63,888 nucleotides of DNA from Bacteroidota bacterium (GTDB lineage Bacteria; Bacteroidota; Bacteroidia; AKYH767-A; OLB10). The notes under the pieces were generated by a model. That model saw nothing but the letters and a program-made list of their open reading frames with translations, did no database searches and was not told the origin of the DNA. Made by a program: the position numbers and the translations under genes. Position 1 is the stretch's first letter; each line of letters begins with the position of its first letter. Shown here one piece after another: positions 1 through 10,083 of the stretch. The stretch covers positions 1 to 63,888 of the forward strand of contig JAHEKC010000006.1 of the NCBI GenBank assembly GCA_024638565.1. The letters are read 5' to 3'.

Positions 1-2
1 CA

Positions 3-551
3 CGATGCCTGCAAGGTAAATTTGTCATTGGCGTGGTGGCACGTTTCGTTGAAGTGAAACGCATAGAAAGGTTGCTTTCCGTATTTGCCTCCTTCCTTGA
101 GGGCAGGGATTCGGCATTGCTGCTCGTGGGCGACGGCCCGCTCCGCCACCGCTACGAGCAACTCATCAGGGACCTTGGCATTGGTGAACATACACTATTG
201 GTTGGCTTTCGAAAGAACACTTTATACTTTCACAGGCAAATGCACGTACATGTGCTGCCTTCCGTTAATGAGGCATTCGGCCTGGCAGCCGTGGAAGCGC
301 TGTACGCAGGCAACCCGGTTCTGGCTTATGCTGATGGCGGTGCCGCGGCACGCATTATTCAGGATCTTGATCCGGGAGATGTAGTCCCAGGTGATGAGGC
401 GATGGAAGCCCGGCTGGCATTCTATTACGAAAACAGGGAAGCCCTCAAGGCGGGGGCAGGAAAACGCAGGGACCACGCTAAAACCTTCAGCATGGAGCAC
501 ATGCAGGCTGCCTTCAACGAGGTTTACGAAAAAATCGATGTGCGGGATTAA
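3..551 (+). CDS. glycosyltransferase (GT4/GT1 type), C-terminal part; 5' end lies outside the window
   Basis: The frame is open from base 3 (GKFVIGVVARFVEVKRIE...). EAFGLAAVEALYAGNPVLAYADGG resembles the E-x7-E sugar-nucleotide region of GT4 enzymes. Confidence 0.7.
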   Translation, partial: RCLQGKFVIGVVARFVEVKRIERLLSVFASFLEGRDSALLLVGDGPLRHRYEQLIRDLGIGEHTLLVGFRKNTLYFHRQMHVHVLPSVNEAFGLAAVEALYAGNPVLAYADGGAAARIIQDLDPGDVVPGDEAMEARLAFYYENREALKAGAGKRRDHAKTFSMEHMQAAFNEVYEKIDVRD

Positions 552-2439
552 CGGGTTATTCAGCACCGGGGGAATCCCGGTTCATACTGCTGAAGTACAG
601 CTGATGAACGACTGCCTGTCGCACCGCGGTCCCGACGACCAGGGCACGTGGGCTCATGTGAATGAAAACCTGGTCCTTGGTCACCGGCGCCTGAGCATCA
701 TTGATCTTACGCCTGCCGGGCACCAACCCATGCATGGACCCGGTGGCCGTGTAATCGTTTTTAATGGTGAAATATATAATTACAAGGAGCTGCGCAAACG
801 ACTTCCCGGGGAGTCATTCAAATCGAATAGCGACACCGAGGTATTGCTTACACTTTATGCCAGGTATGGGAAGGAATGCCTTTCCATGCTCAACGGCCTG
901 TTCGCATTCTGCATCTGGGATCAACCGCGGGAATCCCTGTTCCTTGCACGTGACCGGGCCGGCAAGAAGCCCCTTTATTACCACGTTGCTGACGGGAAAT
1001 TCGCGTTTTCTTCTGAAATCAAGGCCTTGCTTCAACTTCCCTGGATCAAACCGGAATTGGATGAGGAAGCGCTTTACCATTTCCTGACCTTTAATCACCT
1101 GCCGCCGCCATTTACCATGTTCCGGAACATCAGGAAACTTCCGGAAGCAAACTGGTGTGAAGTGGACCGGAATGGTGCCATCCGTACCGGCATGTACTGG
1201 AAGGTGGAGTACCGTGATTTGGCAGGCCGTTCTGAAAAGGATTTGGCAAAAGACCTTTACCAGCAGCTAGAGGCCTCCGTAGACCTGCGGATGGTGAGTG
1301 ACGTCCCGGTGGGTGCATTCCTGAGCGGCGGAGTGGATTCCAGCGCTGTGGTGGGGCTCATGGCCCGGCAAAAATCCTACCGGGTCAAGACGTATTCCAT
1401 TGGCTTTGAAAACGCGCCTGGATACGACGAGCTGCCGCATGCCAGGAAGGTAGCGGAGAAATTCGGCACTGAACACATCGAACAGGTGGTTACCGCAGAT
1501 GACATCAGGAATTTCCTGCCAACGGTAGTGAACATATTCGATGAGCCCCTGGCAGATACCACAGCCATCCCGATATACTTCATTTCGAAACTGGCCCGTG
1601 AGCACGGTACCATCGTGGTGCTTACCGGTGATGGGCCTGATGAGCTCCTGCTGGGGTACCGGAACTGGCGGAGATACGTGCATGGCCATGCGCGTTACCG
1701 CATGTACCTCAACCTGCCGGCCTTTATCCGGAAGGCAGCCGCGACCCTTGCAGGGTTTCGTCCATCACCGCTATCCGAGATCCTCTGGCGCGCGGCGCGC
1801 GGCCAGGAGCTTTTCTGGGGCGGCGCAAAAAGTTTCAAGGAGAACGCCAAACGGAATTTCCTGTCCCCGGGATTGCTGGAACGGACTGCTGGGCTTAACT
1901 CACATGATATCATCATGGACTACAAACACCAGTTCCTGCGCGATTCCGCCGGCAGCGGTAAACGGGATTACGGCGACTGGATGAGCTACCTTGGCTTCCG
2001 CTTTCTCCACCCGAACCGGTACCTGTTCCGGTCGGACCGTCTGGGTATGGCACATGGCGTGGAAGCACGCATGCCGTTTTTGGATTATAACTTTGTCAAT
2101 ACCGCGCTGTCCATTCCCACCTCATACAAGGTCAGGGACAATGAACCCAAGTACATCCTTAAGAAAGCGCTGGAGCCTCTGCTGGGAAAGGAAATCATTT
2201 ACCGGCGGAAACAGGGATTCAACGTACCGATACGGGAATGGGGTGGGGACATCATGCTTGATTACATTTCGTCGCAGGCTGACAGCTTCTGCAGGAAATG
2301 GGATGTGTTTGACAAGCGCGGAATTGAACGACAGCTCACCCTGACAAAGTCAGGGAACAAAAGATTTATGAATAATCTCTGGACCGTGTATTTCCTGATG
2401 TCATGGTTCGAGAAATGGATGGATGATGGAAAAGGATAG
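538..2439 (+). CDS. asnB: asparagine synthase (glutamine-hydrolysing) family amidotransferase, polysaccharide-locus type
   Basis: ATG at 538 gives MCGINGLF (catalytic Cys2 of Ntn class II amidotransferases). An SGGVDSS PP-loop is present. The track start at 391 is an extension overlapping the upstream gene. Confidence 0.85.
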   Translation: MCGINGLFSTGGIPVHTAEVQLMNDCLSHRGPDDQGTWAHVNENLVLGHRRLSIIDLTPAGHQPMHGPGGRVIVFNGEIYNYKELRKRLPGESFKSNSDTEVLLTLYARYGKECLSMLNGLFAFCIWDQPRESLFLARDRAGKKPLYYHVADGKFAFSSEIKALLQLPWIKPELDEEALYHFLTFNHLPPPFTMFRNIRKLPEANWCEVDRNGAIRTGMYWKVEYRDLAGRSEKDLAKDLYQQLEASVDLRMVSDVPVGAFLSGGVDSSAVVGLMARQKSYRVKTYSIGFENAPGYDELPHARKVAEKFGTEHIEQVVTADDIRNFLPTVVNIFDEPLADTTAIPIYFISKLAREHGTIVVLTGDGPDELLLGYRNWRRYVHGHARYRMYLNLPAFIRKAAATLAGFRPSPLSEILWRAARGQELFWGGAKSFKENAKRNFLSPGLLERTAGLNSHDIIMDYKHQFLRDSAGSGKRDYGDWMSYLGFRFLHPNRYLFRSDRLGMAHGVEARMPFLDYNFVNTALSIPTSYKVRDNEPKYILKKALEPLLGKEIIYRRKQGFNVPIREWGGDIMLDYISSQADSFCRKWDVFDKRGIERQLTLTKSGNKRFMNNLWTVYFLMSWFEKWMDDGKG

Positions 2440-3568
2440 CGTACTGGTGGTGACGAACATTCCGAACCCTTACCGAATCCCGCTTTTCAATATACTGGCC
2501 CGGGAGTTAGCCCGGCAGGGCCTTCGACTGGTCGTGGCTTTCGGTGCAGAGACCTATGCCCGCCGGAAATACAAGCTTGACCTTACGGCTTGCGAGTTTG
2601 AATACCATATCCTGAAATCAGGAACCATCCGGCTCGGTGATTCCGAGAAGACCATGTTCACTTACACGGGCCTGCTTTCACTTGTGAGAAAGATTAAGCC
2701 TTCGGCAGTCATCGTCACGGGGTTCTCGCTGGCTACCATGAAACTCCGGCTTATGCGGATGGTAGGCGGGCCGCCTTATGCCATCTGGTCAGGCAGCGTC
2801 CGCAGGGACGGCCGCTTTGATTCCATGTTACGGATTTTAATGCGCAGGTTATTGGTAAGGGGCGCCACCGCTTGCATCGCCTACGGAAGCAAGGCTGCCG
2901 AATACCTGTTATGGCTGGGCGCCAACCCTGGCCGTGTGTTCAATGCCATCAATACCGTAGACACGGAATTCTTTATCAACGAAACGGACAGGCAGCGGGT
3001 CGGCACGCCGCCAGAAGGCCCCGCCCGTCTGCTCGCCATCGGCTACCTTGTACCCAGGAAGCGCATGAGCAGGCTGCTGGACGCCATCGCGGCGCTGGCC
3101 CTGAAGCGTTCGGATTTTGTGCTTGACCTTGTCGGAGACGGTGAAGACAGGCATGCGCTTGAGACGCATGCCCGGTCACTGGGGCTGGAAAATATCGTTC
3201 GCTTTCATGGCTACCGCCAGCGCGAGGAACTGCCGCAGTACCTGGCACAGGCCACCTGCTTTTTATTCCAGACTGACTTCGACATCTGGGGACTGGTACT
3301 CAATGAAGCCATGGCCGCCGGACTGCCTTGCATCGCCTCCGCAAACGCCTATGCCGTATATGACCTTGTGCAGGACGGGCAAACAGGATACATCGTCGAT
3401 TATTCAGATCCGGAAGCCGTGGCAAAAAGAATCGGGCACCTGCTCGATCACCCGGAAGAGGCAAAAGCCATGGGCATGCGGGCACGCGATTATATCCGGG
3501 CGCATGCTTCACCAGCTGCCAGCGTTACCGGCTTTACCGACGCAATTCGTACTTTACACGGTTCATGA
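2423..3568 (+). CDS. glycosyltransferase family 4
   Basis: GT-B C-terminal motif NEAMAAGLPCIASANAYAVYDLVQDGQTGYIV (E-x7-E). It overlaps both neighbouring genes, consistent with an operon. Confidence 0.8.
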   Translation: MMEKDSVLVVTNIPNPYRIPLFNILARELARQGLRLVVAFGAETYARRKYKLDLTACEFEYHILKSGTIRLGDSEKTMFTYTGLLSLVRKIKPSAVIVTGFSLATMKLRLMRMVGGPPYAIWSGSVRRDGRFDSMLRILMRRLLVRGATACIAYGSKAAEYLLWLGANPGRVFNAINTVDTEFFINETDRQRVGTPPEGPARLLAIGYLVPRKRMSRLLDAIAALALKRSDFVLDLVGDGEDRHALETHARSLGLENIVRFHGYRQREELPQYLAQATCFLFQTDFDIWGLVLNEAMAAGLPCIASANAYAVYDLVQDGQTGYIVDYSDPEAVAKRIGHLLDHPEEAKAMGMRARDYIRAHASPAASVTGFTDAIRTLHGS

Positions 3569-4821
3569 GGATTGCCGAACTGAAGGAATGGTACCGGTCG
3601 CTCCACTTCACTCAGAAGTGGTTTATCTGGCTCATTCTCCTTCGGCCTTTAATCGATAATTTCTATTACCTGAAGCACATCTCACCGCTTCTTTCCCCGT
3701 TGTATATCGTGGGTGTGCTTACTCCCGTACTTTGTCTCTGGAGCATTCACCATCTCCGGCAGCCCAACCGATCCCGTGCTGATACCATCGTGTATTTATG
3801 GCTGGCCCTTATTTGCTTCTCGTTGCTGCTATTGTTAATCAAGAATTTCATGGACTTACATGCATTCGAGATCGCATTGCAGACGCTCATTGCCTTTGTA
3901 ATTTTCTTTTTTGCCCGCAGGCTTGTGCGCACGCCGCGCGATCTAGACGGTATCCTGACAGTTACCCTGTTCGCCGCAGCCATTTCGGCCATGTTTTTTT
4001 TGTATGAAGTGTTATTCCAGCCATTCAAATCCAGCATAACGAGGGGCATGCAACGGCTGGAAGGTGCTTATGCCGATGTAGCGATCTACGGGATATATGT
4101 TACCCAGAGCATCCTGATTTGCTGCTATTTCATGTTACGAAAAAACATTACTCTTAGCCGGCGGCACCGTTCCTGGCTTGCGGGCAGTGTAATCCTTTTC
4201 AGTTTCTTCATTCTTACGCGCATCATTCATGCCTCCACCACGGTTATTGTCATTACTATACTGACGCTGTTTTTCCTTTTCCTGATAAAGCGGTTTTTTA
4301 TACGCGGTATCCTTTTCGCTGCGATGATCCTGTTTTTCATCTTTCAATTCGGGCCCGCCGCATTCGAAGAGCGATTTTTTCCGTTAATAAAATCCGACCT
4401 GGAAGTGGTAATGGGAGAGCGTGACGAGGGGCAGATCTTTCACGGACGTTATGGCAGGTGGGAAGGCATGTGGGAGGATTTTTCCAGCCAACCGCTTATT
4501 GCACAGCTTTTCGGTATGCCGCTTTCGATGGACAGGCCATACAAGTATATTACCGCCGGAACTCATAATGATTACCTGCGCATCATGTTTCTATCCGGTT
4601 TCATAGGATTTTCCGTATATCTGATCTTTCTTTTTAACATACTGACCAGGGTTCGAAGACTTAATCCGTCATATAAATTCCTGTTGTTGGGCTCGCTGGC
4701 CACCCTCGTACTTTATTCCATCAGTACCGCGCCTAACCTGTATGCGCCATTTATCTACGTCATGTACCCTATCATCGCCTTCACGTTACTCCCCGAAAAG
4801 GTGACCCGGTCAGGGGTCTGA
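3565..4821 (+). CDS. O-antigen polymerase/ligase-like (Wzy family) polytopic membrane protein
   Basis: Highly hydrophobic multi-pass protein with one larger loop (RYGRWEGMWEDF...). It has an ATGA overlap with the upstream GT and sits in a polysaccharide locus. Confidence 0.55.
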   Translation: MRIAELKEWYRSLHFTQKWFIWLILLRPLIDNFYYLKHISPLLSPLYIVGVLTPVLCLWSIHHLRQPNRSRADTIVYLWLALICFSLLLLLIKNFMDLHAFEIALQTLIAFVIFFFARRLVRTPRDLDGILTVTLFAAAISAMFFLYEVLFQPFKSSITRGMQRLEGAYADVAIYGIYVTQSILICCYFMLRKNITLSRRHRSWLAGSVILFSFFILTRIIHASTTVIVITILTLFFLFLIKRFFIRGILFAAMILFFIFQFGPAAFEERFFPLIKSDLEVVMGERDEGQIFHGRYGRWEGMWEDFSSQPLIAQLFGMPLSMDRPYKYITAGTHNDYLRIMFLSGFIGFSVYLIFLFNILTRVRRLNPSYKFLLLGSLATLVLYSISTAPNLYAPFIYVMYPIIAFTLLPEKVTRSGV

Positions 4822-4894
4822 ACAATTCCTGTCCCATCTATGCGAATTATTTGGCCCCCACGCAAACCGGGGATTGACCAGGCAGGGTAAATCA

Positions 4895-5995
4895 CTACTT
4901 GGCGTCTAATTCAGCCCAGGCTGCCGCTAGAGCGCAGGAATAAACCCGGGCACCCTCCGCATTCATATGGGTAACGTCGAACGAGTATCGTGCCAGGTAA
5001 AACTCGGGATACCGCGCAGGGTCGGCCAGGTTCATCCTGTTTTTCGCAGGCAGGCTGTTCAGGACAGGAAGGACCTCAAAATACTGTTTCCGATCCAGCC
5101 GTGGCGGCACGAAAAAAACGAGCCTGGTGCCAAGCTCAGCGAAAGACAACACCAGCGAATTAAGCCTTTTGGAATAAGCCGTGTTGACCTTATCATTCAG
5201 CGAAGGATCAGCATCGAATGCTTCCCTTACCTTTGCGTAAACCCAGTTCCGTCGTGTGACAAGAGAAGTATCCTCCAGAAACATGCGGTTCCGCCTGGAA
5301 ACCCGTTCCGGGTCGTCCTTCCGGTTGAGCTCCTGCTGGTAATCCAAACTGATAAATCCATTATTGTCGGGCCCCAGGAACCCGGTGCCATCCATAGTCT
5401 CTTCAACGGTATTCCGAAATCTGAATGCCTCGGTAAGGTAACCAAGGTTCAGCAGGCTCCCGGCATAGTTAATTACATGCGCCACGATGGTGCCCAACCG
5501 TGTGTATAGGGGAAAACCGGAATGCCACGCCCCCCGAACGGTAAACAGGAAGCCTTCCCATGTATACCAGTAAATGACCCGCGTGGTAAAAAAATTGCCA
5601 TAATCGGGCATTTTAATTTTCTGCAGTTCTGCGAATACAACCCGTGGCCGGAATGTGCTCTCCTTGGTGAGCTCCTCCATCAGGTAGAGCAATTCTGAGG
5701 CCCCGAGCCAGTTTACCCCGAAATTGAACGAATGTATTTCATCTCCTGTAAGAGCCATATAAGCACTGTCAAATACAGCGGGATTAACCTGCCGGAACAC
5801 CATGGAAGACCCGATAAAAACCGCGTCGAACTGCTGCGCATGGCGCTTGAGAAAAATAGCCTTATGGTAAATACGATCAGAGCCCCAGGTAGGCGATGTA
5901 AGCCCGGCACGCGGATATATACAGAAATGCAGCCAGAGGCTGGCAGCGCCAACAAGGAGCAGGAACAGGAAAGGTTTCGACAGCTTGCGGATCAT
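4895..5995 (-). CDS. hypothetical membrane-anchored protein, positional analogue of AlgJ/AlgX/DltD-type acyl-transfer partners
   Basis: One N-terminal TM helix (FLFLLLVGAASLWLHF) followed by a soluble domain. It starts 3 nt after the stop of the MBOAT gene on the same strand. Confidence 0.4.
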   Translation of the reverse strand: MIRKLSKPFLFLLLVGAASLWLHFCIYPRAGLTSPTWGSDRIYHKAIFLKRHAQQFDAVFIGSSMVFRQVNPAVFDSAYMALTGDEIHSFNFGVNWLGASELLYLMEELTKESTFRPRVVFAELQKIKMPDYGNFFTTRVIYWYTWEGFLFTVRGAWHSGFPLYTRLGTIVAHVINYAGSLLNLGYLTEAFRFRNTVEETMDGTGFLGPDNNGFISLDYQQELNRKDDPERVSRRNRMFLEDTSLVTRRNWVYAKVREAFDADPSLNDKVNTAYSKRLNSLVLSFAELGTRLVFFVPPRLDRKQYFEVLPVLNSLPAKNRMNLADPARYPEFYLARYSFDVTHMNAEGARVYSCALAAAWAELDAK

Positions 5996-5998
5996 CCC

Positions 5999-7441
5999 TC
6001 AGAATTGGAAATAAATGAAATTTGTCCCATCAAACACACCCAGATTCAGAATCACAAGCACGAGCATGAGCATAAAGCCCCAGCGCAGCCATACCGGCAA
6101 TCTATTCAGGAAATGAAAAATATAGCGGTCCCTGAGGTTCCATTCCACCGCCAGCATCAATACCAGCATCGCCAGGGCAGTCGCGAACCCGGTCGCGTGG
6201 ACATTAAGGGCTTCCGTCAGAGATTGAGGTTGCCAGGCACTGAAAATCTGGCCAAAAAGCGAAATGGCGAAATTGATATCCGCTGCCCGGAAGAATACCA
6301 GCCCGCTGGAAAAAAGCATAAATACAATGAGCATATGCCAAAGCCGCCACACAAAGGTGCGCCGGAGTATGCCGAATCGTTCATTGAACTTCTCCCTGCT
6401 TTCCCTGGTCCAAGCGGCAATGGCCAGGTATACGCCTTGCTGAAAACCCCAGATAACAAAGCCCCAGTTAGCGCCATGCCATAACCCGCTCAGGGTAAAC
6501 GTGAACATAAGGTTTGCATACCTGCGCCATGGTTCCACACGGTTTCCACCTAGAGAAAAATATATGTAATCGCGAAACCAGGTCGAAAGGGAGATGTGCC
6601 ATCGGTCCCAGAGGTCCTTGAGGTTTTCGGAAAAAAATGGGCAATTGAAATTTTTCATAAGCGTGAAGCCCATGATCCGCGCAGCCCCTATCGCCATTTC
6701 AGAGTAACCGGAGAAGTCACAGTATACCTGGAAGGAAAAAAATATCGTTGCGAAAATTATGGCCAGTCCGTAATGATCACCCGGATTGCTGTAAACCGAA
6801 TCGACCATACCACTCAGACGGTCCGCCACGCAAACCTTTTTAAACAGGCCCCATGCCATCATCTTCAGCCCGTCAAAGAACCTGGAATAATTGAACGAAT
6901 GCTTTTCCCTGAACTGGTGTAGCAGGTTCTGCGGCCGTTCAATGGGCCCCGCCACAAGCTGCGGGTAAAACATGACATACACGGCCCATATGCCAAAATG
7001 CCTTTCGGCATGTTGCCGCCCACGATAAACCTCAATGGTATAGCTCAGCGCCTGGAAGGTGTGGAATGACAAGCCAATGGGCAGGATGATATCCAGGTAG
7101 GGAATAGGATTCTCACCACCGAACACCCCGAATACCCTGGCCAGGTTATCGTTTAGGAAGTTGTAGTACTTGAAAAATGCCAACACACCCACGTTCGCAC
7201 AGATACTCAGGATCAGCCAATGTTTTCGTCTCCTCCCGCTGGCCCGCTCAATAAGGATCCCGGCAAAATAATCGATTGTAATGGTGAATGCAAGGATTAA
7301 GATGTATGCAGGAATGAAAAACATGTAAAAAATGCAGCTTGCGGTAAGCAGCAGGATCCAACGGTAACGGTGCGGCAACTGAAAGTACAGAAGCGTGACG
7401 ACAATGAAAAAGAGGAAAAACTCAAACGAATTAAAAAGCAT
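5999..7441 (-). CDS. MBOAT family O-acyltransferase (AlgI/DltB-like)
   Basis: MLFNSFEFFLFF N-terminus from the ATG at 7441. The conserved block is WDRWHISLSTWFRDYIYFSLGGNR ... SGLWHGANW with the catalytic His. The track start at 7540 adds 33 non-conserved residues. Confidence 0.85.
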   Translation of the reverse strand: MLFNSFEFFLFFIVVTLLYFQLPHRYRWILLLTASCIFYMFFIPAYILILAFTITIDYFAGILIERASGRRRKHWLILSICANVGVLAFFKYYNFLNDNLARVFGVFGGENPIPYLDIILPIGLSFHTFQALSYTIEVYRGRQHAERHFGIWAVYVMFYPQLVAGPIERPQNLLHQFREKHSFNYSRFFDGLKMMAWGLFKKVCVADRLSGMVDSVYSNPGDHYGLAIIFATIFFSFQVYCDFSGYSEMAIGAARIMGFTLMKNFNCPFFSENLKDLWDRWHISLSTWFRDYIYFSLGGNRVEPWRRYANLMFTFTLSGLWHGANWGFVIWGFQQGVYLAIAAWTRESREKFNERFGILRRTFVWRLWHMLIVFMLFSSGLVFFRAADINFAISLFGQIFSAWQPQSLTEALNVHATGFATALAMLVLMLAVEWNLRDRYIFHFLNRLPVWLRWGFMLMLVLVILNLGVFDGTNFIYFQF

Positions 7442-7861
7442 GCTTGGCAGGCCGACAGGAAGGCATCCAAAAATAGAAATTTTAAAGCGTGTACCCAGCG
7501 ACCGGAACCTGTTCGCTTCTTTCCATGCCGGGGTATTCACGATAATCGTTCTGCGGGAGATGCCCTCCCTTTAACCCTGGTTTCAGCCGTTGCTCAACGA
7601 CTGGGCGCGCATACCCGGGCCCGGATACAAACGACTATATGGATCGGTATTCCCGAATGGCTTAACTAAAGTGCACAAACAAGCAGACTGGCCGCGGACC
7701 AAAACCATTCCGCCGACATGCAGCATGCAGGGAACGGAATGTCACCCGGCTCCCGCGCGGAAAGAAGTTTTTCCAACCCGGCATAGCGTTCTGTACCGGG
7801 ATCGGATCGACCCGTCAGGCACGATATATGGATTACCTTCGGATTGTTCAGGGTTAATTCG

Positions 7862-7869
7862 TAATTTTG
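7862..7869 (+). promoter_or_regulatory. candidate Bacteroidota -7 promoter box (TAATTTTG)
   Basis: Exact match to TAnnTTTG, 31 nt upstream of the ATG at 7900. The track start at 7867 would lie inside this box. Confidence 0.4.
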
Positions 7870-7899
7870 AATGGATTATATAACTTTCAAGCAACTGAC

Positions 7900-10077
7900 A
7901 TGGAACAACTTACACAGCTCCTGAAGGATGGGGACATGCGTCTGCTGGAGGTACCGTATCCTTTGCTTACCGCCGGAAGAATCCTGGTACGCAATCACTA
8001 TTCTGTGATCAGTACCGGTACGGAAGGCAAGACCGTACATGATGCCAGGCTGGGGTACCTTTCCAAGGCACGTGCCCGCCGGGATGAAGTCCGCAAGGTA
8101 ATTTCAGCGGCCCGCACCTACGGCTTGCGTGATACCTACCAGATGGTCATGAACAAGCTGGAGGCCCCTTCCCCGCTGGGCTACAGTTGTGCGGGAGAGG
8201 TGATGGCTGTTGCCGATGACGTAACAGGATTCAAAGCAGGTGATTTCGTGGCATGCGGGGGAAATACCGCCAACCATGCCGAGGTTGTTTCCGTACCTGT
8301 AAACCTGGCCGTAAAAATCCAGGAATCCGCTAACCTGAAACATGCGGCCTTCGCTACCCTGGGTGCCGTGGCCATGCAGGGCATCCGGCAGGCTGACCTT
8401 CGGCTTGGAGAGTACGCGGTGGTGATAGGCATGGGACTGATTGGGCAGCTTACCGCGCAGATGCTGCAGGCCGCCGGTGTACGCGTCGCAGGCATTGACC
8501 TGGATGACGCTAAGGTCAAAATGGCCGGCTCCTGGGGATGCAACCTGGCATTTAACCGAAACGCGGAGGGACTCGAGGAAAAAATTAATGGGTTTACCCA
8601 TGGTTACGGTGCAGATGCGGTTATCATCACGGCAGGTGCGAAAAGTACGGACCCTGTCGATCTTGCCGGATCACTTTGCCGGCAGAAAGGAAAGGTGGTC
8701 GTGGTGGGCAGCGTACCCACTGGTTTTGGCAGACCTGCCTATTACCGCAAGGAATTGGAGTTGCGCATGTCCTGTTCCTACGGACCAGGCCGGTATGATA
8801 CAGATTACGAAGAGAAAGGCATCGATTACCCGATCGGGTATGTCAGGTGGACGGAAAACAGGAATATGCAGGCGTTCACCGAACTGCTGGACCAGGGCAA
8901 GCTGAACCTGGACCACCTCATTACACACGAGTTCTCTTTCCGCGATGCGCCCGACGCGTACCAGCTGATCCTTGATAAGAAACAACCATTTTCCGGGGTG
9001 GTGCTGAAGTACGATACGAGCCGCCAGCCGGAACGCTCGATTCGCCTCAGGCAGGCACCGGCACCCGGTCCCATACGCCTTGGAATGATTGGCGCGGGAT
9101 CGTTTGCACAGAATTTTCTGCTGCCTGCCATGCCGGCACAGGTTGAAATGGTTTCAGTGGTCACCGCGCGTGGCCAAACAGCCAGGCATGTCGCAGACAA
9201 GTACGGGTTTGCCGGTGCCGTTGATTCCAGCGAAGAAATATTCAGCGATGACAGCATCAATACGGTCATCATTGCCACCCGACACGACCAGCACGCAGGC
9301 ATGGTGCTCAATGCGCTCCAGGCCGGGAAGAATGTATTCGTTGAAAAGCCGCTTGCGCTCTATGCCACGGAGCTGGAACAAATCAGGGAATCGTATGATG
9401 CCATGCTGGGTGAAGGCGCCCGAAACCGTTTCGCGGAAAAGCAAAACGGGCACCCCCATACACCCAGCCTGATGGTGGGTTTCAACAGGCGCTTTGCCCC
9501 GCTCGTCGCCACGCTGAAAGAATATTTTGACAAGGGATCGCCCGTATCCATTCAATACCGGATTAATGCCGGACGCGTACCCGCCGACCACTGGACACAG
9601 GACCCGGAGACCGGTGGCGGCCGGATAATCGGGGAAGTCTGTCATTTCGTTGACCTCTGCACCTTCATTGCCGGCAGCCCGGTGACCAGGGTGAGTGCAT
9701 TCTCCATGCAACAGCAGCCGGACCTCATGGACACCACAGCTATAACACTTGGTTTTGCCAACGGCAGCATCGCTGCCATTTCGTATTTCTCCAACGGCGA
9801 CAAGTCCCTGCCCAAGGAATACCTCGAGGTATTCGGAAATGGCCGCGTGGCCTGCCTGGATGATTACCGGCAGCTCGAGGTCTATGACGGGAAGAAAAAA
9901 AAGCGATTCCGTGCCCACAAACCCGACAAGGGCCATGCCGCCTGTCTCCGGGCATTCTTGGATTCGGTAAAGGACGGGCAGCCCTGTCCCGTCCCGTTCC
10001 AGGACCTTTACAACTCCTCGCTTGCAACGTTCCGGACCGTTGAATCCATTCGGAACGGGAATACCATCACCATCTGA
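7900..10077 (+). CDS. bi-domain oxidoreductase: N-terminal zinc/MDR alcohol-dehydrogenase-like domain fused to C-terminal Gfo/Idh/MocA NAD(P)-oxidoreductase domain
   Basis: The N-terminal half has a Rossmann segment VVIGMGLIGQL after an MDR-like catalytic domain. The C-terminal half starts IRLGMIGAGSFAQNFLLP and contains KNVFVEKPLA, the Gfo/Idh/MocA signature. Confidence 0.75.
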   Translation: MEQLTQLLKDGDMRLLEVPYPLLTAGRILVRNHYSVISTGTEGKTVHDARLGYLSKARARRDEVRKVISAARTYGLRDTYQMVMNKLEAPSPLGYSCAGEVMAVADDVTGFKAGDFVACGGNTANHAEVVSVPVNLAVKIQESANLKHAAFATLGAVAMQGIRQADLRLGEYAVVIGMGLIGQLTAQMLQAAGVRVAGIDLDDAKVKMAGSWGCNLAFNRNAEGLEEKINGFTHGYGADAVIITAGAKSTDPVDLAGSLCRQKGKVVVVGSVPTGFGRPAYYRKELELRMSCSYGPGRYDTDYEEKGIDYPIGYVRWTENRNMQAFTELLDQGKLNLDHLITHEFSFRDAPDAYQLILDKKQPFSGVVLKYDTSRQPERSIRLRQAPAPGPIRLGMIGAGSFAQNFLLPAMPAQVEMVSVVTARGQTARHVADKYGFAGAVDSSEEIFSDDSINTVIIATRHDQHAGMVLNALQAGKNVFVEKPLALYATELEQIRESYDAMLGEGARNRFAEKQNGHPHTPSLMVGFNRRFAPLVATLKEYFDKGSPVSIQYRINAGRVPADHWTQDPETGGGRIIGEVCHFVDLCTFIAGSPVTRVSAFSMQQQPDLMDTTAITLGFANGSIAAISYFSNGDKSLPKEYLEVFGNGRVACLDDYRQLEVYDGKKKKRFRAHKPDKGHAACLRAFLDSVKDGQPCPVPFQDLYNSSLATFRTVESIRNGNTITI

Positions 10078-10083
10078 CCCGCC

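Noticed and set aside
391-537. N-terminal extensions in the ORF track. Cases: 391, 7540, 7867, 13544, 20458, 33348, 38151, 39129, 44254, 47635, 53572 and 58001.
   Set aside because: The extensions overlap neighbouring genes, promoter boxes or the tRNA. Each precedes an internal start that yields a canonical N-terminus or signal peptide.
538-2439. The asparagine-synthase homologue as a possible lasso-peptide cyclase (McjC-like).
   Set aside because: There is no adjacent precursor peptide, B-type protease or ABC exporter. The gene overlaps glycosyltransferase genes inside a polysaccharide locus and keeps the Cys2 glutaminase nucleophile.
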